Shown here in pieces: positions 1 to 9,379 of a stretch of 10,304 nt of DNA. The notes below the pieces were generated by a model. It searched no databases, was not told the DNA's origin, and was given only the letters and a program-made list of their open reading frames with translations. Origin of the DNA: Geosiphon pyriformis uo1 (Eukaryota; Fungi; Glomeromycota); NCBI GenBank assembly GCA_016748015.1, contig JAAOMT010000039.1, forward strand, positions 4,515-14,818, read 5' to 3'. Position numbers and translations under genes: made by a program. Within the stretch, counting starts at the first letter, position 1. Each line of letters starts with the position of its first letter.

Positions 1-1080
1 AAAAAAATCAAGTACCTTAAGAATTTTCTTTTTTCCTAGAAAATATGGAGCCATTAATATTACTGCAATAATAGTAATTGCAATTAGATGAAATTTTTAT
101 TCTTTTCTGATAATTTGTTAAAAACAAATGATGGTTAAAAAAAGTATTAAATAATATGCAGTTTAATAGAAATCAAATAATGAAGATTAATTCATGCTCG
201 CTCATGTTTAACTTGGAACCCAAAAGTCTCATCTAAAAAGCCTGTGAGTAAATGAGTGCTAATTAGAGTGAACCGTTTATTCTCGATTAATGCATTGAAA
301 TTATGTACAATTTCCATTGGATTTCTAGAATTACTTGTTGAAGAAATTTGAAGTCATAATATTTCTCAGCCTACTGATTCTAATTTTGATTTATCAGTCT
401 TATGATCGATAATTTTGATACGACTTCTTTCAATTGGAATATTAAAAGATAATTGATATTCAAGTGTTTTGGAAACTTCTTGTTTGTTGTTAATTTTGTT
501 GAAATCTGAGAAATTTGTATTCAAACACAAGAATCTAATCAGGGCATCTTTAAAATCAACAACAATAATAATTAATGACATTAAAAATGTTCCAATAGAA
601 ATAAACAATAAACCTTCGTATCTGCATGCTTGCTTTCTTTTCCTTCTAAGCATTCAAACGAAATAAATAAACAAACAAATGAATTAAAGAATTATTAATC
701 TTTAAACAAATTTGTCAGAAAGCAAAAGTAAAAAATATTTGCATTTACCTTTTTTGAATTGCCATATATTTCTATCAATTCCTTTTATAACATCATTATA
801 TTATGCATCTTTCATAAAATTATTATTTACAATAGTAAAATAATCTTTATTCAGTTGATTAAATGTGCTTTCAAAAACATCCACTTTAACAGCTCTATTA
901 TCCATTTCCACATGAAAAAATTGTGACAGTCTCATTAGTCTCATTTGATTTTATAAATAGAAATATTCTTTTTAGATAATGTGGTTTTCTTGAAATAATT
1001 GATATTTATTTCACGCCACTAGTCCAGACACCATTTTGATTATATAAATTTATGTGAGCACAGAAAGAATATTCCAATTC
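1..1080 (-). pseudogene. Decayed multi-exon gene for an uncharacterised membrane protein; runs off the left edge
   Basis: Minus-strand segments read as one protein with lesions. ...TLSKKNISIYK (frameshift near 930-945) EMDNRAVKVDVFESTFNQLNKDYFTIVNNNFMKDA*YNDVIKGIDRNIWQFKK, then a GTAAAT donor. Next is DALIRFLCL...NIPIERSRIK...SVG*EIL*LQISS...LIENKRFTLISTHLLTGFLDETFGFQVK, then a TM-like KFHLIAITIIAVILMAPYFLGKKK followed by a GTACTT donor. In-frame stops are at 803-801 (TAA), 368-366 and 356-354 (TGA). The motifs (NISIY, STFNQ, VxNNF, GI..W.F, LDxxFGF) resemble a large Glomeromycotina hypothetical membrane-protein family (recalled, not searched). The 5' limit is approximate. Confidence 0.65.
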
Positions 1081-1299
1081 ACAAAATAATCTTGCAATTT
1101 GTTATAAAATAGGGAAATGAATTTGCTAAAAATTTCGCAAAAGCAATTACATTATATACCAAAGCCGCAAAAAAATTAGAAAATAGGGGATTGGACACTG
1201 AAAGAGTTTTAGTTAAGAGGAAATAGCTATTAGTAAACTGTTTTACTAAGATTGTATCTATAAGATAAATTAAAAAGTTTGGTTTACTTAATATTGTTG

Positions 1300-1850
1300 C
1301 TTAAAGAATATTTTTTTAACTGATATTTTTATCATTTCTGAAAATACATGAGGTTTTTCTTTACTAAATTCCAAAGTCTTAAAATATTACAGTTATCTTA
1401 AATTGTGATTTATTCAAATATTGATTTAATATTTGTTAAATTATTAAAAAATATAGTTGTGATGTTATAAACTGAAATAATATGTTAATATATTAATAGT
1501 TAACAAAAAAATTGCCGCTATAATATTTATTTTTTTATCTAATAAAACAAAATTTGAAAAATTAGTAAATATTACACAATTAATATATTTAATAATAAAT
1601 TATAATAACAATAGTATGCCAATTTTATTTGATAAATAAAATATGGTTAATTAAAAAAATTACAGTTTTAAAAATGTCATTTTTTTATTTATTTATCAAT
1701 TTAACAAAAAAATTAACGACTAATTTTAAAAATTAATAATAAAATTAAGAAATATAGTATAATTAATATAAATAATAAAATATAAACATAAAAAATAAAT
1801 AAATGGTATTCAAAATGGTATAATAAATACAAAAAACCCATTTTGTTTAT
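1300..1850. other. Extremely AT-rich low-complexity intergenic DNA
   Basis: Almost only A/T runs, with no ORF or recognisable motif on either strand. Boundaries are approximate. Confidence 0.7.
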
Positions 1851-2941
1851 TTCAAGCCTGATTAACAAAAAAACGCTAATAGAAGGTGCAGATTTTTAGA
1901 GTAAAAGTTTGTACAGGTTATTTTTAAACAAATAAATTTATAAAATGTTTTTATTTTTGAGATTGAAAAATAAGTAGTTTCAATGTTTCACCAATATGAA
2001 TAGTAGAAAATGTTTTATCTCATTCAAGCAAATTGAATTGAAAAAAACGCAAAGAAATTGGCCTAGTATTTTTTGGAACACTAATTTATAAATGAGGGAA
2101 GTGATTATCAAATAAAGTATAATCATGAACCAATCAATTAAGTAATTAATAAATTTTTTAAAGGTTGATTAATCTCAATTTTTGAAAGGTCTAATTCCTT
2201 TCCTTTCAAATATGTAGTAATACTAATAATAATTTTCTGAAAAAAAGTCTTGCAGAAAGCTAAAGCTTATCATGATATTTTACTTTAATACCTATCTTTA
2301 AAATCCATATTCTTTCTAATTTTTACATAGAAAATCAGAAACTTTGTTCTGTTTTGTTTCTTAAGGTTGCAAATGAGTTTATAAGAACTAGTCAGATAGA
2401 AAACCATCAGTCAATTGAAAAGAAAAATCAAAAAATTTAATTATAAATGCAAAATCTGTAATGAATTTATTACTTCAAAGAAAGATTTAATATTATTTAA
2501 ACTGCAAGGCACAATAATAAAATAGATTTCGAAAAAAAATCTATGAATAATTCGGAAACAATAATAAATTCATCATTTCAGCATATTTTTATAAGAAGCA
2601 AAAGAAAGCCTATAACTTTTAAGTGATTGAAACCTTGACATTATTTTGAAAATTTCACTTTCTTATGTTGGCTAATGAATAAAATCGGAATCAAATACCT
2701 AAGTATTATAATATTTGAATTGTTTAATGCTTTTTCTTACGACCATAGATAATTTAGAGAAAATAGTTGCAATATTTACTATATTTCTGAAGAAGGTATT
2801 GCACAAAGACCCTTTTGAATATTCATTAACAAAACTTGGGAATAGATAATTTTCTAAATTTTTCTAATTTTGGAATAAGTAGTATAGCAGAACGTCAAAA
2901 ATCCTAGTAGTTTTCTCAATCAAAAATTTGAATTATTCCTT

Positions 2942-4371
2942 TCAAATAGATGAAGGGCAATTTTGGAACATGGTATGCTGAAAATATGGTCCGAAATGTT
3001 GATCATCAGGGTGAGAATCTCGATAATACTTCAACCCATCTAACCAACTGCATCCTCGAGACTTGCTATAAAGAAAATTATTCCTAGCATTACAATCCTT
3101 AAACAAGTTTTGTTAATTGAGCTAAATTTTTTTAAAATATGCCCCTCTGAATAAATGATTCACAAACCTTATTTTCATCTAAACTAGCTGTATGATAACA
3201 CGCATAAATTTTTGGACTGGAACAATCACATGGAGGCTCTATCCAAAACTCTCGTCGAAAATGTTTGTATAAAACCCTGGGAAACTTTTTTCGTCTTTTT
3301 TCTGGATACATCTTTTCTTTGAGCTGGAAGCGATTGTTGCCATCAATTGGAAAATTAGGCACCCAATCATCTCCATTAATTACCCTCCAAGATTTATCAA
3401 ATATTCGTTCTATATAATAAGCAAAGTGTTCATTTCCAATTCTTGGTTGCCCAAAGGTAATAAGAGTTATTGTTGTTTCCTCATATTTTCTCTTGTATTC
3501 AAGCGCAGCAAATACCGCTATCACTAAATTATAATGTGACTTTTAAATTTCGAAAAGATTTTTGCTTGATAAAGATTCAAACTTGAATTACCAGCTCCAA
3601 TACCAAATCCTGTAAATGTATATTGTTTGAGACTTTTGGTTAAGCTATTTAAACCTTCAAAGTCTTCAAGTTTTTGCCAGAATTGAGAAGCACATTTTTG
3701 CCAACGTTCATAAAAAATTCTTGAGACTAATCCGTTTTTGACGTGTGTATAAGGTGTCATTTCCCTTTTTTCAACTTTTCCCGAATAAAATTCATATTCA
3801 TATTCAAAGGCACCAAAAGCAATTGTAGTCTTGGAAAAAATTACTATTTTCATAACATTTTTATGCCATTAATTTTTGATTGAAAAATCTTCTTTTTAGA
3901 ATTCAAAAATGAAAATTTAAAATATAAATTAAACTTAAATTTAAACTAACCCCATACTTTGTGCTTGCCACTACCTTGTAATCTAAACTCAATATTAGTC
4001 TCCAAAACTGTTTGGCAAGCAACGTTCCATGCAGATATCGCGCTTGATTCTAATCGATGCAAAACGTTTTCGTCATCAACAATCTCTTTTACAAATTCAA
4101 TACTTTGAAGGTTTCTTTTTTCAAAAAATTCAATGGCGTTATGTTTTTCTTTTAAAGAGAGAAGAAAAATTTTCGGATTAATTTGGAGTTCAGTAAAAGA
4201 TTTTTTAAACATCCAATTTGTTAAGGAAAAGTTTTTTTCTTGTGAGTTTAAATAAAAATTTATCTCATCTTTTGGAAATTGAATGTGAAATTTTTTTCTA
4301 TGTGCCTCAGCTGTCAAAATTGTTAAATTTAAAATAAAAAAGAATAAAATGATGAAAAACACATTAAACAT
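2942..4371 (-). CDS. Secreted class-3 lipase-like alpha/beta-hydrolase (394 aa), predicted catalytically inactive (nucleophile Ser->Gly)
   Basis: Exons 4371-3951, 3843-3592, 3523-3168 and 3097-2942 total 1185 nt with consistent phases 1,1,0. Introns are 3950-3844 (GTTAGT..TAG), 3591-3524 (GTAATT..TAG) and 3167-3098 (GTTTGT..AAG). The N-terminus MFNVFFIILFFFILNLTILTAEA looks like a signal peptide. Lipase_3 motifs occur in order: YTFTGFGIGAVIAVFAAL (nucleophile elbow), ITFGQPRIGNEHFA, RVINGDDWVPNFP (catalytic Asp), YKHFRREFWI, DENKDCN, and QHFGPYF (catalytic His). The model joins three track ORFs plus an unlisted 51-aa last exon. Confidence 0.9.
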
Positions 4372-5125
4372 GGTCAAAAAGTTAAAAGGGTTCTCTGATT
4401 TATTGGGACATACAGTATATAAATAATTTGGCAAAATTATTCGAGGTAAAGAGTTTTCTTTTAATTAGAAATAAAAATATACAATTTCATTCAGTATTAT
4501 ATTTTTTATCAAATCTTTTAGAAATTTCAAATTATTAGAATTATATTTGTTTCACTAGGGAAATATTTACCCGAGAAACAAATAAAATGTTCGAGAAAAT
4601 CACAATATTTAAGCTTTTTAAAATGTTTCAAGTTATGTTTTAATAATTTTAATATGTAAAACAAAATTTGTGCTTTAAAACCTTTTTAACATTTATTTGG
4701 AGTGGATTACCCACAAAACAATAGTGTGATAATAAATTTGAAACAATCGAATTGTGCTGTGAAATTCTGCTTTATTAAAGTTAAGATAAAAACTTATTTT
4801 ACATGAATCGTTTTAACAATATTAACCAATTAAAATGCTTTTTACTAGGGAAAAAAAGTGGATTTTAATAAATGATCCTCAACCATATAAACATTTATCT
4901 ATTGTATTTTTACATAAACTATGAACATCACTCTAAATGTTTAGCTTTCAAATACACAATCAAATAATATTATCATAAGATGGGCAAAATATACATAAAA
5001 AAGATAAATGGTTATAACATAAAATATGTTTCGAACTAATATGAAACTATATACATGTATATGCAGTTTTACATAATAAATATATACTATATTATATCGA
5101 AATTTTAGGATATAGAAATTAAATG

Positions 5126-5148
5126 ATTATTATTATTATTATTATTAT
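5126..5148. repeat. (ATT)7 microsatellite
   Basis: Seven perfect ATT units plus AT, read directly. Confidence 0.95.
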
Positions 5149-5225
5149 AAAATCTAAAATATATCCAATAAATAATTATTGAATATGTTGGAAAATTAAT
5201 ATGAAAATATTTATTTTATAGAGTA

Positions 5226-5336
5226 TTTGGAATTTTAAAGTACATATTTTCCAGATTGGTCTTTTATTCCTTCACATCTAAAAGTTTGGAATTCACCAAG
5301 ACCAAGAGACTCAATCCAATACTCTCTGTCAAAATG
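5226..5336 (-). pseudogene. Fragment of a second lipase_3-like paralogue (C-terminal part only)
   Basis: HFDREYWIESLGLGEFQTFRCEGIKDQSGKYVL*NSK aligns with HFRREFWIEPPCDCSSPKIYACYHTASLDENK of the intact neighbour (7/9 identical in HFxRExWIE). The conserved Cys is present, and TAA-AAT sits where E-N is expected. Confidence 0.6.
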
Positions 5337-5720
5337 TATCTTTTGAGTCCATAAATCGATCTGGACGAAAAATATTGGGGTTTTTGTATCGAGTACAACG
5401 CATAGATATTCATAAAAATGCTTGTATTTTCCGGAATTCATATCTCATACATGTATTATCTTGTTGAAGATATCTAAGGACGGCTTGTACCTAGAAAAAA
5501 CAGAGGTATCATTCATTATTTTGGAAAAAGACAACGTTTAGCAATATTAAAAGAGTGTTTCAGAACTGAAGGAGACCTAATTGCTTTTTGTAAAAACATT
5601 GAGCTTTAGCCATTATTTTTTATAAAAAACAAAAAACTATGGCATTTACTATATATTGGCTCTATCTAATTCTTCATGAGCTTTTTGTTGAAACACCAGA
5701 TTGTTGGCTAACTGTGCAAT
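5337..5720 (-). pseudogene. Cytochrome P450 internal fragment (J helix to PxRF meander)
   Basis: IAQLANNLVFQQKAHEELDR (5720-5661) matches the J-helix consensus LAxHPExQxKAxEELD. After intron-like sequence ending TTTTCTAG (exon starts 5490) it reads VQAVLRYLQQDNTCMRY (frameshift) IPENTSIFMNIYAL (frameshift) YKNPNIFRPDRFMDSKD (5388-5338). These match the GYxIPxGTxVxxNxYAxH and PxxFxPERF motifs. The ExxR and heme FxxGxxxCxG motifs are absent. Confidence 0.8.
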
Positions 5721-5723
5721 AAC

Positions 5724-7037
5724 TTTGGGGATAGAGCTTCCAGTGTGAGAGAGAAGGCAAAATATACTATAGGTAGCATGGATATAATATTTGCATTGAG
5801 AAAACTTAAACAAATCATACAAAATGATAAAACTTAATTAGACGAGCTATAAAAAAGTTTTAAATGAAAAAGTTTTACATTACTAGTAAAGTAAGAATTG
5901 CTAGATTATTTACCCCAATTTAAAATTAAAGAATTGGTAAAAACCTTTAGATAAAATTCTTGCGAAATATTGATTTTTTCCAAATATTCTGAGATTTCAT
6001 GGTTTTAGCAAAACAATAAAAGGTATTTATTTTCAAGGCTCTTGATATAATTATTTTAGCAAACGCTAACTTTACTTTATAAAATGTATCAAATGATAAT
6101 ATAAACTATATTTTAGTTCTTGAATACGCTAATGGAGGTTCTTTACATGATTCCCTATCCTTAGAGTTTCAGAATATGAATGAGAAAGAAAAGCTTCAGA
6201 TGGCACAAGAATTGGCAAGGGGAATTCAATGTCCAAATCATTCATCAGGATCTTGTAGGTTTTATAATTTGATATTTTAAAAGCTATCTTAAGATTAGAC
6301 TACATCACTAAATAGAATTCATCAAATGTTTTAGTACATAACAAAATAATAAAAATATCCGATATTGGCATTCCGAAAAATCAAAGTAAAAATGCTAGGT
6401 TTAGCCAATGAGATTAAAAGCCAACCTACTTATATAGACTCTCAATGTTTCAAAGACAAACAATTCATCTAAAATAAGAAATCAAATATTTATGCTCTGG
6501 CATCCTCCTATAGGAATTAACAAGTGGCCAATTATCATTCAAAAATACTAAAAAATAGATACTTATATGTTAGAAAATTTTAATTTAACATATTTTTATA
6601 AAGGCTCTACTTATAGCTAAAACTTTTAAATATTATTAGTCCAAATTGCCAATGGCATACGAGAAACCCTTGTCAAAAATACCATAACAAAATATATTGT
6701 ACTGTATAAAAAGCATTGGAATGAGTTACTTGATAATAGATCTAGCATCAAGGAAACAAACAAAAAACAAGGAATTCAATAGAATTCGGAAAATGCTTTG
6801 AGTTTTCTAATAGGCCACACATCATTAACATGACAGTTAACAAGAGAAATCACCTTCATAAGCTTTATGGCTTTTATTAATACAAACATCATGGCTTTTT
6901 TAGAAAAAATTTTAACTATAATCAATAAAGGTTTAAACATCTGTACAGATAAAGATATCTCAAAAATAATTCTCTGGCTAAAAAAACATCTTGGAAATAT
7001 TGGACAAAGCTCCGAAGATCTTTTTGTGAGTTGTTGA
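5724..7037 (+). pseudogene. Tyrosine-kinase-like (TKL) protein kinase pseudogene
   Basis: Subdomains appear in order with lesions: FGDRASSVREKAK...IFALRKLK; IKFLRNIDF/PNILRFHGFSK; YILVLEYANGGSLHD (~6110-6150); IIHQDL, then intron 6255-6315, then NSSNVLVHNKIIKISDIG (DIG 6361-6369); YIDSQCF...*NKKSNIYAL/GILL*ELTSGQLSF (TAG 6511-6513); GIRETLVKNT...LYKKHWNELLDNRSSIKE (to ~6757). There are several frameshifts and stops. A helical open frame at 6834-7037 (FLEKILTIINKG...QSSEDLF) is tentatively included as the post-kinase linker. Confidence 0.88.
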
Positions 7038-7490
7038 TCATACTGTTTGTGTTCGTGAATTGGTGAATACTAATAGTTTGTCGTTGGTAGCCAATAACGA
7101 GTTTGCAACTAAATAAGTTAAAAATAAAATATTGCTTGAAGGATAGAGAACACCTCTTTATATACTTATTTATCAAGCGATGATATCTATTTAAATTAAT
7201 GCTTTCGGTTGACATTTCCAATATATATATTACAGCTCCGATTATCAGCACCCCTGCCAATAATGTTCCTAGCCCTGTTCTTGGGATCGCTAATTGTCGT
7301 TGTCATTATTAGGAATCAGTAATCGAGAATTTTCATCATCATTGTTCAGAATCGTTGTGCCTGTTCTAGCCACCTCTGATACGTCTACACCTACAATCCC
7401 CAAAAACAACTCCTTTGCCAAATCCTATAATGCACCTGTTGGTAATTGTCATTGTCGTCGCGCCATCAATCCACTTAAGTTCTAAATATT

Positions 7491-8872
7491 TTACTCTCTT
7501 TGGCTCAGGAGTAAATTCAAATCTGATGTTAGATTTGATGACTTTTTGAGAAGATGAGACAAAACAGCCAGCAAATCCCTATTTTGTCTGGTTTCTTCTC
7601 TGTTAAGCAATGCTTTAAGAGTCATCCCATCTTGATATACAAATTTTTTCAAGGACATCATAAACTTGAATGCATTTATGATGTCAACTTCTTGATTTCC
7701 AGTGTGAAGTTTGAAAATGGCATTTTGAGCATAATAGGTATAAAGTAAAATCCTATCTGCTTCATTGTAAAGTGCTTTTATCAAACCCAACTGAATAGTA
7801 ATTCCATTTATAAGACCAATATGCAAGCAAATTCTATTTACTTCTGCTTCTGTCATATAAGGAGTAGTAGCAAGAAACTTATTATATTCAAATACAGTTT
7901 CTGCTACAAAAACCATTTCATCTTTATGTATTGTGAATTCATTTGCCTCAAATTCAACAATAAAAAAGGGAAATTGCTGCTCCAAATTGTTGAAGACAAC
8001 ATCTGTAAAATCTTACCTTGCAGAATCTTTTCCACTATTACCAGGAATTTGGCGCTGATATTCCCAGTTTGTGTCGATACCTTCTGAGCCTATCAGGAAG
8101 ATATCTAGAAAAATATTTGTCCAGAGTTGTGCCTTAATCGAATTTTCTGAAGGCATACTTCCTGGACCTCTGCTAGGGATCAGTGAACAAAGCGAGACAG
8201 CACTAATTGCAAAAAAGGCTACCCCTACATCGATGATGCAATGATCTTTTGTGTCAAAGGAACTTGGCACCTGTTCCTGGATGTGGGGCTTTGTGTTTTT
8301 CACAATGCCTTTTGCAATTAGATCGCCCATAATTGCAGGTGCATTTTGAATCTGGTCATTGGAACTATCTTTGAGGACAAGCTCCAATAAAGGTACGTTG
8401 ATAGACGGTGTAGGCAAAGACGTGCTGGTGGATTGGAAGCCTGTGAAGAGAGACCAGCCTACAACAGACCAGGTAAGCATTACGGATAAATGCCTACCCC
8501 TTTGTGATTGTTCGTCATTGTGATGATTCAAGGATTCTCCTGTAGGACAGGAGTGTAGCGGTGACAGGCGGCATGAATAGTAGGATTTCATGTGGTGGGT
8601 CGTTGGGAGGTGTTTGTGGGCTGTTGGGAGTTCCTCGGCCGACGATTGGTTTCTTAGAAGTTTCAATGCTTCTTGCATTGAAACTGCTGCTCTGCTTGCC
8701 CTTGAAAATTTCTTTAAATTCTGATGCGACATCTCCATTGTCGCATTTTGATGTTGCTGCAAGTAGTAAGTGTCCTAGTCGTCGGTGTGCCCTACTTGCT
8801 CACGACACGCTCCCAATAATCGTGGTGGGCAACTTTAACTAAAGTTGCCTTCTGTAATCCACCTCTTGGCAT
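7491..8872 (-). pseudogene. Disrupted gene with a putative PD-(D/E)XK (restriction-endonuclease-fold) domain
   Basis: ATG at 8872 gives MPRGGLQKATLVKVAHHDYWERVVSK*GTP (frameshift) D*DTYYLQQHQNATMEMSHQNL, with TAGs at 8794-8792 and 8777-8775 that are plausibly former TGG codons. Track ORFs 8013-8762 and 7491-7985 are in the same frame, split by one TAA: SENSIKAQLWTNIF...NWEY...SAR*DFTDVVFNNLEQQFPFFIVEFE...HKD. This is a helix-E / RxD / hydrophobic-strand-ExE pattern. The block is visibly GC-richer than its flanks. The domain call is an inference from motif pattern. Confidence 0.6.
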
Positions 8873-8966
8873 TTTTCTATTGTTGTTTTTTTTGTCATAG
8901 AAAGAGAAAGTTTAAAAAACAAAAATTTATTTATTTTTTAAATAATCATATATAATCAGAAAAAAT

Positions 8967-9061
8967 TTTAACGCGTCTCTGATTATAAATCATAAATATA
9001 AACAAAAACATTGTTTATAATTATGATTTACAATTTTCTGTATAATCAGAGACGCATTAAA
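8967..9061. repeat. Nested inverted repeat (fold-back hairpin)
   Basis: Outer arms 8967-8987 and 9041-9061 match at 20/21. Inner arms 8986-9005 and 9011-9030 match at 19/20. There is a 5-nt loop (9006-9010) and a 10-nt bulge (9031-9040). Confidence 0.9.
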
Positions 9062-9379
9062 TTATAAATCATAAAATTTTTTTATTTAAACAAAATAAAA
9101 AAACAAAATTTGCAGAAAAAATACCTTATTTCCTGGGTATATTTTATTTCGCTTAAAGTTTTTATTAAATAAATAAAACATGAAAACGATGTTAGTATAT
9201 TTTATGGCTCCTAATATTTTCTCATTTTGTTATTGTTTTCGGCTATAAAATATGATCACCATTTTCTTTATGCTGCGCCCATTTACATTATTCAGTCTAG
9301 TTTATTACGAGATATGGACGTCATATTCTTAATGATTGTTCTTGTTGTAACCCTTTATATTGTTCTCTTATCTGACTTT

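Noticed and set aside
4372-4434. TTG start extension of the lipase-like gene
   Set aside because: This is a eukaryotic gene, and the ATG at 4371 places the signal peptide at the N-terminus.
5235-5441. 68-aa track ORF as a real gene; LGLGEFQTFRCEG as a P450 heme motif
   Set aside because: The N-terminal half is an off-frame reading of the P450 relic. The Gly-to-Cys spacing is three residues too long for FxxGxxxCxG, and the segment matches the lipase C-terminal region better.
6922-7260. 112-aa minus-strand ORF
   Set aside because: It has a non-ATG start and no recognisable motif, and it partly overlaps the + strand post-kinase frame.
8003-8016. 14-nt micro-intron GTAAGATTTTACAG removing the TAA in the nuclease-like gene
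   Set aside because: It is too short for a spliceosomal intron here, and removing it shifts the frame. A point nonsense mutation is simpler, and the gene has other lesions.
7294-8842. Plus-strand ORFs 7294-7485, 7554-7748, 7821-8087 and 8561-8842 (also 469-666)
   Set aside because: They are short and have no motifs; most are antisense shadows of minus-strand coding relics.
1-8872. Alternative genetic code or stop readthrough (e.g. Mollicutes endosymbiont TGA=Trp, ciliate TAR=Gln) explaining the in-frame stops
   Set aside because: All three stop types occur together with frameshifts, spliceosomal introns are present, and the intact gene translates cleanly in the standard code ending in TGA.
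6902-8972. Identical 15-mer AGAAAAAATTTTAAC at 6902-6916 and 8958-8972 as a TSD around the nuclease-like gene
   Set aside because: It is a low-complexity AT-rich word for which a chance match in 10 kb is plausible. The left copy lies inside the probable post-kinase coding remnant, and no poly(A) tail or TIR is adjacent.
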